A stretch of 37,468 bases of DNA from Diploschistes diacapsis (Eukaryota): positions 1 through 37,468 of the forward strand of contig JALAIB010000061.1 of the NCBI GenBank assembly GCA_023645945.1, read 5' to 3'. The first letter of the stretch is position 1, and every line of letters starts with the position of its first letter. Positions 1-11,534 of this stretch are shown here, one piece after another. Position numbers and translations under genes: made by a program. Under the pieces are notes generated by a model that ran no database searches, was not told the origin of the DNA, and was given only the letters and a program-made list of their open reading frames with translations.

Positions 1-397
1 GGGATACAGAATGTAATTTCCCAGAAGCAACACCACCCCCCAAAGAAGAGAAGCCGCTGGGAGCTTTGAACTTGGGACGACGATCCAATCAACCACCCCC
101 GAAACCAAAACCCCGTGTGCTTTGAAGTTATTTCGGACCAATGACATGAGCAGATTACCTCGCGCTCATTTCCGCCCCGGGGGAGGGAAAGGGGGCTTCC
201 CCCAGTGGGAAGGGGGGGAATAAGGAAATGAGACATGAGGGGGTGTGCCAAGGAAAAGAAGTTCGCCCAAGGAAGCTCCCGTCCAGCAAGTCTACGGGCC
301 CCCCACCGGCTGTCTTAAGTGTATTAAAATCCCCCTGGTTTTTGTTCCTGTCTGTCTCCCAAAAAAAAAATATTGCTACTAAATATTATGGCTTATT

Positions 398-460
398 ATC
401 GCCGTCATCATCATCATCACCGTCATCACCGTCATCATCGTCATCGTCATCATCAACATC
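398..460. repeat. Imperfect (CAT/CGT)n trinucleotide microsatellite downstream of THO2
   Basis: Sequence reads ATCGCCGTCATCATCATCATCACCGTCATCACCGTCATCATCGTCATCGTCATCATCAACATC. It explains the spurious poly-S, poly-H and poly-M ORFs here. Confidence 0.85.
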
Positions 461-864
461 AAAGAAAAGGGCAAGTTTGCGAGAGCGTCAACTTTGTAGC
501 CAATGTGTTTCCAAACAAGAAGACCCTCGCCCCCTCGTCTGTGTGCGCGCTGTTCAATCGAGATCCACAACCCCTATCCAGAGTTGGCTTATCAGAGAGA
601 ACTGCAGAGCCAGCAAGCAAATTTGTTGTACCAAAGCTCAGAAGCCGAGCCCTTCTTCCAAACAGACGAGAACATGCAGACTGCCCCTTGTACAATACCC
701 TCCCAAATGTCGCAACAAATCTAACAGGCAGCCAAATCCCTCGTGCTCCATCGCCATGCAATCTTTCTTACACCAACCCCTCCCTCCCTTTCCGTGATTC
801 CCTGTTTCCCCACGCCCATCTCAAACGCCGAATGAAACCCATGCTTGGCTGCAACTCTCTCCAT

Positions 865-3800
865 TCACCCCCCGCGCCTCATTCGCTTCGGGTACTCGTG
901 CCCCATCGGCCGCCCCTGCTCCCAAGCCTCTTCCGGCCCGCGAAGCCTTTTCCTGCCGCTGCCGCCATCCTCCGTGCCGGACACCCTTTTCTCCGGCCTC
1001 GGGTCTCGCCGGTCACCGCCCATCCTGTCGCCATTCCACTCGTCCTTCCTGTCGTGTTCTCTCCTGTCTTTGGGCCCTGGCGGACCCACGTTGTCTCTCG
1101 GGCCACCCCTTCTGTCTCTCTCCGGCACGGGAGGCACCGGCAATGGTGGGCCACCCCGTATCCTATGGTCTCTGGCTTCGTCTGCCCTTGGTAGTTGACG
1201 CATTTCTTCTCGGATCCGGGATGGCGGAGGTGCTGCTTCTCTCCGCGGACTCGCAGAACGCGCATCGCGCTGGCGTGGCGGTGCTTTTCGATCACTGGAC
1301 CTCATTCCGCCCCCACCATAAGCGCCCTCCTCATCTCGCGGCGGCCCTGAGCTATTGCTGGGCGGTCGATTGGCGAATAAGTCCTGCCTTGGGGGTGGGC
1401 CTGGATCGGTAGGGGCAGAAAAGTCCCTTCGAAGCGGGCCGCTAGTACTCGGCGACGAAGCAATATTGGCCCTGCTGTGACGCCCTCTGATACTTGCCAA
1501 TTGGCTCATCCGATCCTGTCCCGTGGGAGTGCTTGCTTGTGACAGCACGGTATTAAGGCCTGCAAACCTTTTATCCCCACGACCACGCTCGCTTGGATTC
1601 GCAGCCGGTCCGCTCGGTCTGGTGGGCGGGTGTTGATCCTGCGGCTGTAAAGGTGCGGTAGCTCTTGGTCCAGCCGGTGCTTCAACAGGCGTGGGAGGGC
1701 TCCGAGCAAAAGTTGAATTCTCCATACCCGTACTTTGAATCGCCTTGAGGCGGTCAGGATGCACGCCAGCGGTGTCGGGCGACTCGGATACCGAAGCTGG
1801 AGGTATAGATGTTGTGATTGGAGGAGGGCGGTTGAATGTACCTTGGTTCCTCCCCGGACCTCTGCCCAATGCCGGGCCTGTTGGCGTCTGCCGTTCTGAA
1901 GCTCCCGAAGCAGACGTTGGGGTTGTCGGTAACTGCGGCGGTGGTCGTGCTTCTGCAAATGGCTGAGGTGCACTGACGTTTCGAATGTTGCGCTGTAGCG
2001 GTCCATGGGTGCCGTTCGGCATCCGAGGCCCTGCTGGAGGGTCCTGATTGAGACGTCCGTACTGTGACTCCTGCTGCCGAGGGCCTTTGAAATCGTGTGA
2101 GAGCCGTCCCGTGCTAGATTCTGAGGGGATGGTATGAGAAGATGACCGAAGGCCATCCCGTAGTCTCTCCCCGTGCGCTGAATGGCCGATATCGCTCGGT
2201 CTTTCTGGTCGAGCACCATTTGAGAACCTTGGGTCGAAATGGCGGGGTAGAGCGCCGCCTTCTGCTTGACGGCGGTTGTCCTGAGCAGACCTTTCATCGC
2301 GGTGGGTATGATGATCAGAGCGTGATGCTCGATCGTCATATCGGCCCGGGGACGAAGCACGAGAGCCTCTCTGCGAGGATGGGTGGCCGTGACCATCATG
2401 CCTAGCAGCTTCTAGCCTTCGGTCCAGGTGCAAAGGTGGTTGCTCTCTGTCAGGACCCTGAGAGGCCTGCATTGCTGCTGCACGGTCTGGATGCGGGACA
2501 ACAACAGACCTTGGTGGTCCCATAGAGTCGTCTCCAGATCTTGGCGATCGAAGGTCTCTTTCTCCTCGATGATCGCGTAAATCGGCATAAGCTCTATCGC
2601 GGAGGTTGCGGTCCGATCGTTCCTCACGTAGAGGTGGTCGCGCATCCCTCAAATGCTGTCCCTGTCGCTCATCATGGAGCCTGACCGGCGGAGGTGCATC
2701 TCCACCCCAGTTCACATCCTGCTTCTCGCGGTCACTGTGATAAGGCTTTTCTGGGCGATCATGCGCTCGCTGGGTTCCGTGTCTATCTGGAGCTTGGTCA
2801 CGAGCAGCATCCAAAGGTCTCTCGGTTCGTCGATAACTAGAATCACGAGCATCTCCAAGGTCGCGTGGACGATCATTGAACCTCTCGTTTGGACGTTGGC
2901 TCGTACGAGTTGCATGTGAAGGGAGTTCAGGTCGTTCAGGAAGACCATGCGGCGGCCGTCCAGAATTGGCGTTATCGGACTGGTTTCTGATCGCCTCCAG
3001 ACGCGGTTTCGGCGGAACCGGTGGTAAGCTCGCGGGTTTCTGCTCAGGCTTTGCCGCAGGCACTGGTGGTCTTGGCACTGGCGAAGGCTCGCTTGGTGGA
3101 AGTGGCTCTTTGGGATCGGTTTTTGTCGTTGCTGTTGTAGGTTTTGCTTCTACTCTCGTCTCGATTGCTTTCGCTTCGGTTGTCTTCGCAGCGTCTTTCG
3201 CACTAGGAAGTGATGCGGCCGGTAATTTAGTAGATGCTGCATCCTTTATCTCGCCATCTTCGTCGCCGTTGACTTTGGATCCGGGTGACTTCTTCGAAGC
3301 TTGAAGGCTGGAAACGCTCAGTTGGGGCCATTTCTATCTTGTACCTTGCAACATACCTTGCAGAACCAGGAAAAAACTCTGGAGCCTTTGCATTCAACGA
3401 TTTTCCGGTGCTCCTAGTCTCCGGTTGCGGCGTTTTCGCTTTCGTAGCATCGGCCTTTGGTGTAGTTGCTCCGTTCAACCACGGCTTGTTCTAGAGCATT
3501 ATTAGAAGGGATTGCAAGGCAAGCTGAACAACTCACAAGTGAAAATTCTTGTCTGACTATCCAGGATTTTGAGCGTCGTTTAATATTTCCTAGGAGCGAC
3601 AACGCGGCAAGCTTGAGGTCTGACCTCGGATCGGATTCGCTCAAGTATGTAATGCATTTGACAAGATGATCACCCATGAAATCGACCACAGGGAAATGTA
3701 AAACAACGGCCTTGAGTATTATAATCCCGTTGCGTATGTGCATATACTCGCCACCCTGAAAACAAGCTTTCAGGGCCTCGGATAGATGACCGTGCCATTT

Positions 3801-6800
3801 GTAGAGCAGGCTTCGAAACCTTTCGTAATCAAGCAACTCGCCGTTTACGAAACAGCCAAGCAGGTCTTTTCTGGGACCATGCGCTTCTTTCTCGAAGACT
3901 TCGCTGCTGGCGTGCCACTTGGCAAGATCCTTGAGAATGTCGTTGAGGAATCGGCCGAGATGTTCAGCTTCCTTCGCTGTGCACATGAAGAAGAGCGGAG
4001 TGAGTCGCCTAGAGTCCAGAAGGGCGTCGATGACACCGAGTATCTTGAAGTTCTTTGCTCCCTGAGCATGCAAGAATTTGAACATCTTGAAAACGTAGAA
4101 TGCATCAACCGAAGAAAGCAGTATTCGGGGGACGAAGCAATACTCGAGCAAAGCCAAGCTGAGCTCTTTGATCCGCCCACCACATTTCTCGAACCAAACG
4201 TCTTTCTCCTTCAGAAGGCTAGCTCTGGTTTTCAAATGTGCTGCAAGATGTTCCTTATGCTCGGACGAGAGGTTAGTATGAAGCTCAACCTTTCGCCGTT
4301 TCTCCTGCTCCCTAGACCTTACAGCTGCATTGCTCATATCGGATCTATCATTCTTAAGCTGTTCGATTCTAGACATCGCCTTGCGGCATTCATCCTGGTA
4401 TGCGTCGGGGATGTGCAAGTCATAGGATGACAGTCGCCAAAAAGTAAAGTAAAATGACTCGCTTAGCAGCTCGAACGTAGCTGCAGGTAGGACAGGTCGA
4501 ACAGAGTCTACAATCTCTTGCATCACTGGATGCCAAACATGTCCTGGAACATGTCCTGGAACAGATGGCTCGAGGGGCTGTAGGCTCGCTTGCGATGTCC
4601 CGTTCACCGTTTCCACTTCCGCAATATTTTCGTCTTCGACCGATATTGGGTAGTTACCGGAGACCCCTTCAGCCTTCGATGGTCCGCCGTCTTGGAGGTT
4701 GGGCTGTTCTTCATTTCCCAAGGCCTTGGGAGGTCCGCCCCTAGCGTCTGCTGCTTCTTTACCATCCCCCGCAACTTTCTCGGACCCAGAATTCTTGTCA
4801 TGCTGGGCAATCTCGGCAGCAAGTATAGGTCGCCAAAACCAAAAGGCCGCGCTCGGCTCAATGCCAAAGTCACGCACCAGCTCAGCAATAGAGGGGATTA
4901 TTGCACGGAAGTCTTTCTGACTCGTGTGGGTGTGAAGGAGGTCGAGGTATTGGGTCAACACACGGTGGATCTCGTCAAAGAGATTTCCCAGAAGTTTTAA
5001 AGGAGCGTCCGCGTCATCATAATCGAAAACGCAGGATTGGCGACGTTGGGCTATGGACACTAACAAGACCCCAGCCAAACGAGGATTGATCAGGGCCCGC
5101 ATGAGCCGCCGTGCAGAAGCCTTGAAGCTGGGATCGTGTCGTCGGTCATGAAGTCCATGAAGAATAAGATATCTAAGGTGTGGTCCGCCCGTCATAGCAA
5201 CGACTTGACTGTCGTTTAAAGTAGCGTCCGGCAAAATCCCCGCCATAGAATTGACAAGATTTTCCAGAACGACCAGGTCGGTGGACTTCTTGTTCTGCAG
5301 CTGATTCGCGACGTATTGGAGCAGCGGAGTTGGATTCATGACCCCATATCGCTTGAAAACACTGCCACCAAATGATCCTAATGCGTTGAGCCATTTACTT
5401 GTCAACATGCCATCATCTTGCACGCGAGAACGTGACCTTCCTAACGCATTCACTAATGACCAAGTCAAAATGTCATAAGCCAGGTCGGTGAAATAGCGCG
5501 AAGACTCGACGACTACTTCGATCAGATTGTCGAAGCTCTCGATCTGCTTGAGAGCAACTTCGAAAACTTTCCCTGGTGAAGATACAGCGACCTTCGCGAG
5601 GGCACGTGCCATGGTCTTTGTGTTGGTCTTGCTGATACGCTTGAGAACGTCCTTGCTCTTTGCTTCGGTTACTTCAAACGCAGCAATGATCTCGGGTCTT
5701 CGTGAGGTTTGACCCTGATACCACTCGCCATAGATGTTATAGCGCTTGGAGGTTGGGAAGCGCTTGAGCAGAGCCCAAACTTCGGTTACAATCCCGGAGT
5801 TACAGCCAGAAAAGCTCAAAGCAGGGACCAGGAGCCTTTTGCATAGGTCAAACCACCTTTTAGTGTTGTCGTCCGAGGTATCTACGTCCAAAGAGTGCAT
5901 GCCTATGCGGGCCAATTTGACGAGCAAAATTGGGTCTTGCCCGATCTTCAAGCCACTGAGATTCAAGAAAGTGTCGCATAGTAAAAACACATCGTCAATA
6001 CTGTTGCACAGTGGGATGTTGTCCACCCAATCCTCCCAGTAAAAGCGATATTCAATCCCACCGACAACGTCTGTTTTCTCGGGAAAAGGCCAGCGAAGCA
6101 CTTTCTTGGGCGCTTGGTTCACCAGCTGAAGCTCGCCCTTCTGTGTGTTCGGCGGATCCGGATCAACAACCTGCGTCGGCTCGCGAATGGCGTCGAGATC
6201 CTTTAGCGGTCTGAGGGGTTCGTAAACGTTGCTCAAGGAATAGTGCAATATCCTATGGATGTATTCTGGCATGTCAGGCACATGTTCCAACAACCATGGA
6301 AAGCGACCAAGCATGAACAATGATTCAGGAAGGGCGCCGATACACAAGAAACTTTTTAGGAGATCGATTTTTTGATCTAGTGGCTGTGGAAGCTCCTCTG
6401 TATTTTCCAAGGAACCTTCGGTCTGGGAAGTAGCATTGCCTTCTTTTGTAGCAAGTGCGGTTGCGGGGGCAGCAGTTGAAGTATCGGCAATTCTTCGAGA
6501 TTGAGAAGGCATTGTGTCGTCTGGAAGTGCCCCAGCGCGCGTAAGTGCATTTTCGCTTTTACCCGCACGACGAGCATCATCTCTCTTCTTCTTTTGCTGC
6601 TCCTTTTCTACCCTAACAGAATCCATTGCCTCGTCAGAGGGCCAGAGATGCGCATACAGATCGAAAAGCGATACGAAACCGATCTTGATCAGCAAAGCTG
6701 TAAGAAAAATCAGGTTCTTCGGTACTTCATCGTCTCTGTCGCGATACTCTGATCCATAGAACCGCAGCTTGAAACCAAGAAGCTGAGCAGCAGTCTCGTT

Positions 6801-8180
6801 ACCGAGAGGCGGCAAGGTTCCCGTTTCTTCTATCCATGTTTTGTAAGCAGCCAACTTTTCTTGATCCATGATCTCGACGGCTTCTGAAGCTCCAGTGGGT
6901 GCTCTTCGACCACCGAGCTCAAAGTAAGCTTTGAAACCAATCTCTTTCACCCTTCCCCAAAAGCGAACGTCTCTTTCTTGCTTGGCGTTTGTCAGCTTGA
7001 CTCGTTCGTCCTCGGTCAAAGTTCTCAACCCTTGGACATCGGGCAAAGCCCATTTTGGGAGACTCGATAGGCCGATCGACTGGCCGTCTTGCACTTCAGA
7101 CAGTGGTCTGGTAGGCCACCAAAAGCTACTTCTGAGATACTTGATAAAGAAACGACTATGTTGAATGAGTACTGACGCAAAAACATCCAAAGTTATGTCA
7201 AACACCCGTCCCACGTCTAGATTAAATGTTCCTATTAAGGCATTGACTCTTGTTGACAATGCAGCGATGGTATCTGGACTTGGAGGTTCGTTTGTGCTTG
7301 TAGTGAACAGCTCTGTGACCAATTTCGAATACCCTTCGGTTTCTTCCCTAAGAAGATTGTGAATCTTCATGCGGTATAGAACGTTGGTACCATGGCGAAT
7401 CGCAGCTTTCGAGAACAGCCTGCGGACAAGCCGTAAGTCCTCGAGTAAGGTATCGTCAAGATTGGTACGAATCAATCCAAGAGGTATCCCGCAGTTCAAT
7501 AGGATGGTCTGGAGGTTGGGATGGTGGGCTTCGTATTGGTGGCAGATTGCAACTATGTCGAGGAAGTCTTCTGCGGAGGTTCTGTCAAGGACAGACTCGG
7601 CTGATCCCTCGGAGCTGTCATTGACGATTTGTCTAATGATTTCCGCTGCTTCCAACACTGGGATTCGATTGTCGAGACCAGATCTCAAAGTTTCCTGATA
7701 CACGCGTTGTAGTGTTAGGAGCTCCCTGCTTTCCTTTGCCATACGCGCTGTCCGGATGATAGACCGTTTGCGGGATTGGTTCCAATCACTGACAGCATCA
7801 TCTGTGAAGTCTTGGTAAATATAATAAGGGACCATGTCCGCTTCAACGGGAGTTTGCGTCAGAATGGAAGTAACAGGGGACGTCCGCTTGGTTAGAGACT
7901 CCATGGGCTGCGCCGTCTGCGTAGTAGCCTGTGAAGGCATGGAGTTTGAGGCAGAGCTAGACGGACGTTGGTGTTGATTGTGACCATTGGGACTATTAAG
8001 AGGCCGTCCTCCACGACTCGCACGCCTACCTCCTCTAATAGGGCTACCTCGAGTGTAGCCATGTTGGGCCAGCCTCAAATCGTCTGGACGGTGAGGAGAT
8101 GGTCGACCGTCTTCGCCGTAGTGGTCCTGTGAATATGACCCCTGTCCCCTCTTTCTCTTTCCTCCACTGCCTTGCGCCAT
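865..8180 (-). CDS. THO2: THO complex subunit 2 (TREX mRNA export), ~2406 aa; exons 8180-3537, 3490-3357, 3307-865
   Basis: Thoc2-type motifs: NLLREETEGYSKL, LIGTFNLDVGRVFDITLD, KDVLKRISKTN, FWRLSSYDL, EYMHIRNGIIILK. Intron 1 is 3536-3491 (GTGAGT..CTAAT..TAG) and intron 2 is 3356-3308 (GTATGT..CTGAG..CAG). They join the 1588-, 83- and 737-aa ORFs in frame (7221 nt total). Confidence 0.95.
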
Positions 8181-9005
8181 TAGGCGAGCTTTCAGTCTCC
8201 AATATGATCGTTCTCAATAAAGTGCATACGCAGCACGTCTTGTAGGTCTTGATCTTGAGAAGATTCCGGTTGTCTAGTAAGCGAGGGAGAAGGTTCATAA
8301 AAATTTTGGTTCACCGGTAGAAAGGGTATTTGAAGAGCAAAGCTGATGCACTGTTTTTGGAGTATTAGAAGCTATCAAACCTCACAGGAAGGAGTTCACC
8401 GCAAAGTAAACCCATGTCGCGTCAATCTCATCATGAGTCTTTAACATTTGACCGTCCCATTCGGCTTGAACTTCAAGTTTGCAGCGCGCAGAAGCGGCTA
8501 GCGTCATATAAAGAATGCGGCGCTTTGTTTGTAGGGCTGAAGTTACCTCCCAGTACCGAGCGTCCGTGCATATCCTTTGGGATTCCCTTGGGATGTACTT
8601 TGTTCGTTATAGGCTTAAAGTTGAATATTCAGACTACAGGATCGTAGCAGACCTTCAGAGTGCCCTGGAATACTTTACATGATCTGAGCAATCCAAGCGC
8701 CTAAGGGAAGTGCAGGATTGTGCCTAAGGAGGCTTGCGTACCCTTTTCCGACCCAGCGCTCGCTACAGACTGGAAACCTTCTATCTATAATGGGCTGGTT
8801 ATACATTGATTGAGAACTCTGTTAACCCTTAGTATTATCATCAGTTCAATAGACAACAAATGGCTCATGAAATTCTTTAGGGCCTAAAAAACCCGCTATA
8901 GGCAGAGTCACCAGCTGAAAATAGGAAGTCGTTTGAATGTATCGTACCGTCCAGACCTGTCATCAAAGCGTTCTCTCCGTCTCGACCATAGTGAAACGCA
9001 ACAGA

Positions 9006-9694
9006 CTACCTAAAGTTCCTTTCGGGATGACATGGGGCCGCTGTAGACATGTATCCTCTTCGCAAGTAATAAGCCTCGTTAACTTCTTTGCACGTCGTAA
9101 GCAGGAGGCGGATTTCCCCGCCAGCATGCTCTATTTGCTCACCACTTCTTGGCTTTGTCGAGCTGTTCGACAACGCTATCATATCTCAGCAAGTTTTCCC
9201 TCGATCACGCGCTTTTTTATCTCAGCTTCTAGTAGCCCTTGCAATAAAGTCGCCAGCCTAGTACGGTGAAGAGTTTGTGTCCAAGTTCCCACAGCCAAAC
9301 ACCCCGTGGTAGGAGGCCATGCGGTCGCTCATTAAATTCTGGGGGATGCCTTTAGTCTTCATTCTCCGTATATTCCTGGGATGTCCCGCGCATATGCGGT
9401 AGCATACGGGTTTGCTTTACCAGAGGCGCCTGGTTTCTTTGAGAACACCACATACGTGAAAAAACGCGAGCCTAGCTCTGACAGAATGTACGTGGATTTG
9501 GCAAAGCGTTCGAGCTCTGGACTGAAATAGGGTACATGGGTTACAGAAAAACCTTTGTTGATCAATGCCCAGGGGGCATCCAGATGCGGGTAATTCTCGA
9601 ACTCAAATGGAGAAAGCAAAGCAATCAATGTTTCTTCGCCATTGATTAGAGGTCCAGTCGTCGTAGCGGATCGGGCAGCTACTCCGAGATCCAT
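9006..9694 (-). pseudogene. Probable GNAT-family N-acetyltransferase pseudogene
   Basis: N-terminal ORF (LINKGFS...ELGSRFFTYVVF...PYATAYAR) stops at 9359. Downstream fragments in shifted frames read WEL, TQTLHRTRLATLLQGLLEAEIKKR (resembles the GNAT acetyl-CoA-binding motif A, QxxGLAxxL) and IRLLLTTCKEVNEAYYLRRGY (resembles motif B, NxxxYxRxGY). I found no splice signals that reconcile the frames. Confidence 0.55.
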
Positions 9695-10053
9695 AGCCGG
9701 TGCCACCACGTAGGTTTGTGCAGATCAAAGTGATGCTTGCTGGAGTGTATAGCGAAGCTTAACCTCCTCTTTTGAGATAGTTCTACTCCCCCTTCGCCAG
9801 TGTGGGGCTTCTATTAGAGAACTTTTCGCACGTTTGAGACAAGAGTGACTGCCGAGCCTTTAGTAATTCCCCATAAATCAGGTCGCACTGTGTATGTTAT
9901 CTTCAAGTTGCGGACGGGGGCATGTACCGAGGTAGATATAGGTCTTGAATCCGCGGTTCAGGTTGGGAGTGATTGAGACCAACGGAAACCTTCAAGTAGC
10001 CGGGAACGAAAAGTGGCTCGCAAGTAGTGCAGTCGAGGCGATTCTAAGCCGTT

Positions 10054-10918
10054 TCATAGTTTTGTTCTCCCGTTACGAGTCTCCCATTCCTCGACGAGTC
10101 TAATTGCGCTGTCGCGGCGTGATTTTGAAGATTCCGTTCTTGCTTTGATCTCCGCCTCCTCAGCAGCATCCCCGCGATCGAGATAAGCGATGGTCTCCCT
10201 CCACATCTCCTCTTTCAATTTTCCATAGACCCCAGTATCGGCCCTTCCAAGCAATTTCATCTCCTGTATGAAGGCTGCTGTATTCTCCCAGGATCCGAGA
10301 CCGTCAACGATACCTTCCTTAATAGCCTCGAGGGCAGTGAACCTCTTGCTCTCGAGGATCATTGTGCGAAAGGTATCAGGGCGGGGGAGCTTCGTTCGAA
10401 AGATGGATGCCATCGGGGCTTTTAGCGCAGCACCAAAGTCCAGCTCGTTAAGACATAAGTAACCTTTGTGTGGATTCATGATTCGATAATCGTGCATCAT
10501 AGCAGTCATCAGGCCAGCAGCGAAAGCGTGGCCATTGATCAGAGCGATAGTCGGCATCGGATAGCTTCTAGGACGTTAGCAAGCCTTCGCAATCCAAAAG
10601 GGGCACTCGCCTCAGTAACCGTCTCCAAAGTGGGTAGAGACTGTTCTCGAAGAAGCCTCTAGTCCTTATAGTAGCCTCGAAGTCCAGTCCGTTGCTGTAG
10701 AATTTCGTGATGCCTGAGGTGCTTACTAGGACACCCTTGGGCAGACGGTGGTCGATGATGTCGAGGGCGAGGTGGAAAGCTTTGCAGAAGTCTGGGGTCA
10801 TGCGATTGTCAGGAGGCGACTGAAATAGAAGAAGATAGACCTTTGGTAAAGGTTGGGTGCACACGATGCTACCGCTAGCTGCGATTGGCAACACGAACAA
10901 GGGCACACTCAAATCCAT
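10054..10918 (-). CDS. Crotonase-superfamily enoyl-CoA delta-isomerase/hydratase, probably peroxisomal, ~273 aa; exons 10918-10611 and 10567-10054
   Basis: Motifs SPPDNRMTP, KFYSNGLD and YPMPTIALINGHAFAAGLMTAMMHDYRIMNPHKGYLCLNELDFG. C-terminal TKL is PTS1-like. The intron has a GCGAGT donor, a GCTAAC branch point and a TAG/AAG acceptor. Confidence 0.88.
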
Positions 10919-11534
10919 GCTGGGAAGCAACGATTGCACTGAAGATGTAGATTGCCCACCGGGCTCTATTTTAGCCTCGATATCCAAGACAATTATCAAG
11001 GCAATTGAAGATATGCGTACAAAATCAAAAGCTTGATGTTGCTTGGGATTGTCAGGCTGACTTGTGGTAGCTGCCAACCACGCGTGCTCACCCAGCTATC
11101 GAATCACGTCACAGTTATTTATCATCAAGTCTCATTCGATTGATAAGTACACAACGAATCCGAGATACTTGAAGCTCTCACTGAAGCACCCTTGAAAGCT
11201 CTTGGGCGGATGCTGAAAGAAATATTTTCTGTGCATGTTATTGTTAATATCCATCCCCTGCTCGTCTTGATTCTCTTGCATCTAAAGCGCGCTCAAGGAC
11301 CCCTATTCATGATCCAAACAGCTATGAGAGCCCTGCGATTACGCCTTGCAAGGAAAAAATCCCCCTCGGTCTCTCTGGGCTGCAATTCCTGTTATTGGTG
11401 TTCGAACTTTGTGGCTTATTATGGTTGAGAAGCGAAGAAGGGTCTCGACCTCGGAGTTGTTTCTCGTCTCTTTGCCTTAAGATTATTTCCCCCAGCGGTG
11501 CCATACATGCATAGGAACCAGATACGTTTTTCGC

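Noticed and set aside
228..1198. Plus-strand ORFs of 189, 273 and 117 aa with poly-His/poly-Ser
   Set aside because: They arise from the CAT/CGT microsatellite and the antisense of the THO2 3' end, and contain no domain.
4538..4563. 12-nt tandem duplication ACATGTCCTGGA
   Set aside because: In-frame VPGH duplication in a variable THO2 loop; trivial.
1506..7698. Numerous alternative-frame and antisense ORFs inside THO2
   Set aside because: Shadow ORFs of a long coding sequence, with no independent motifs.
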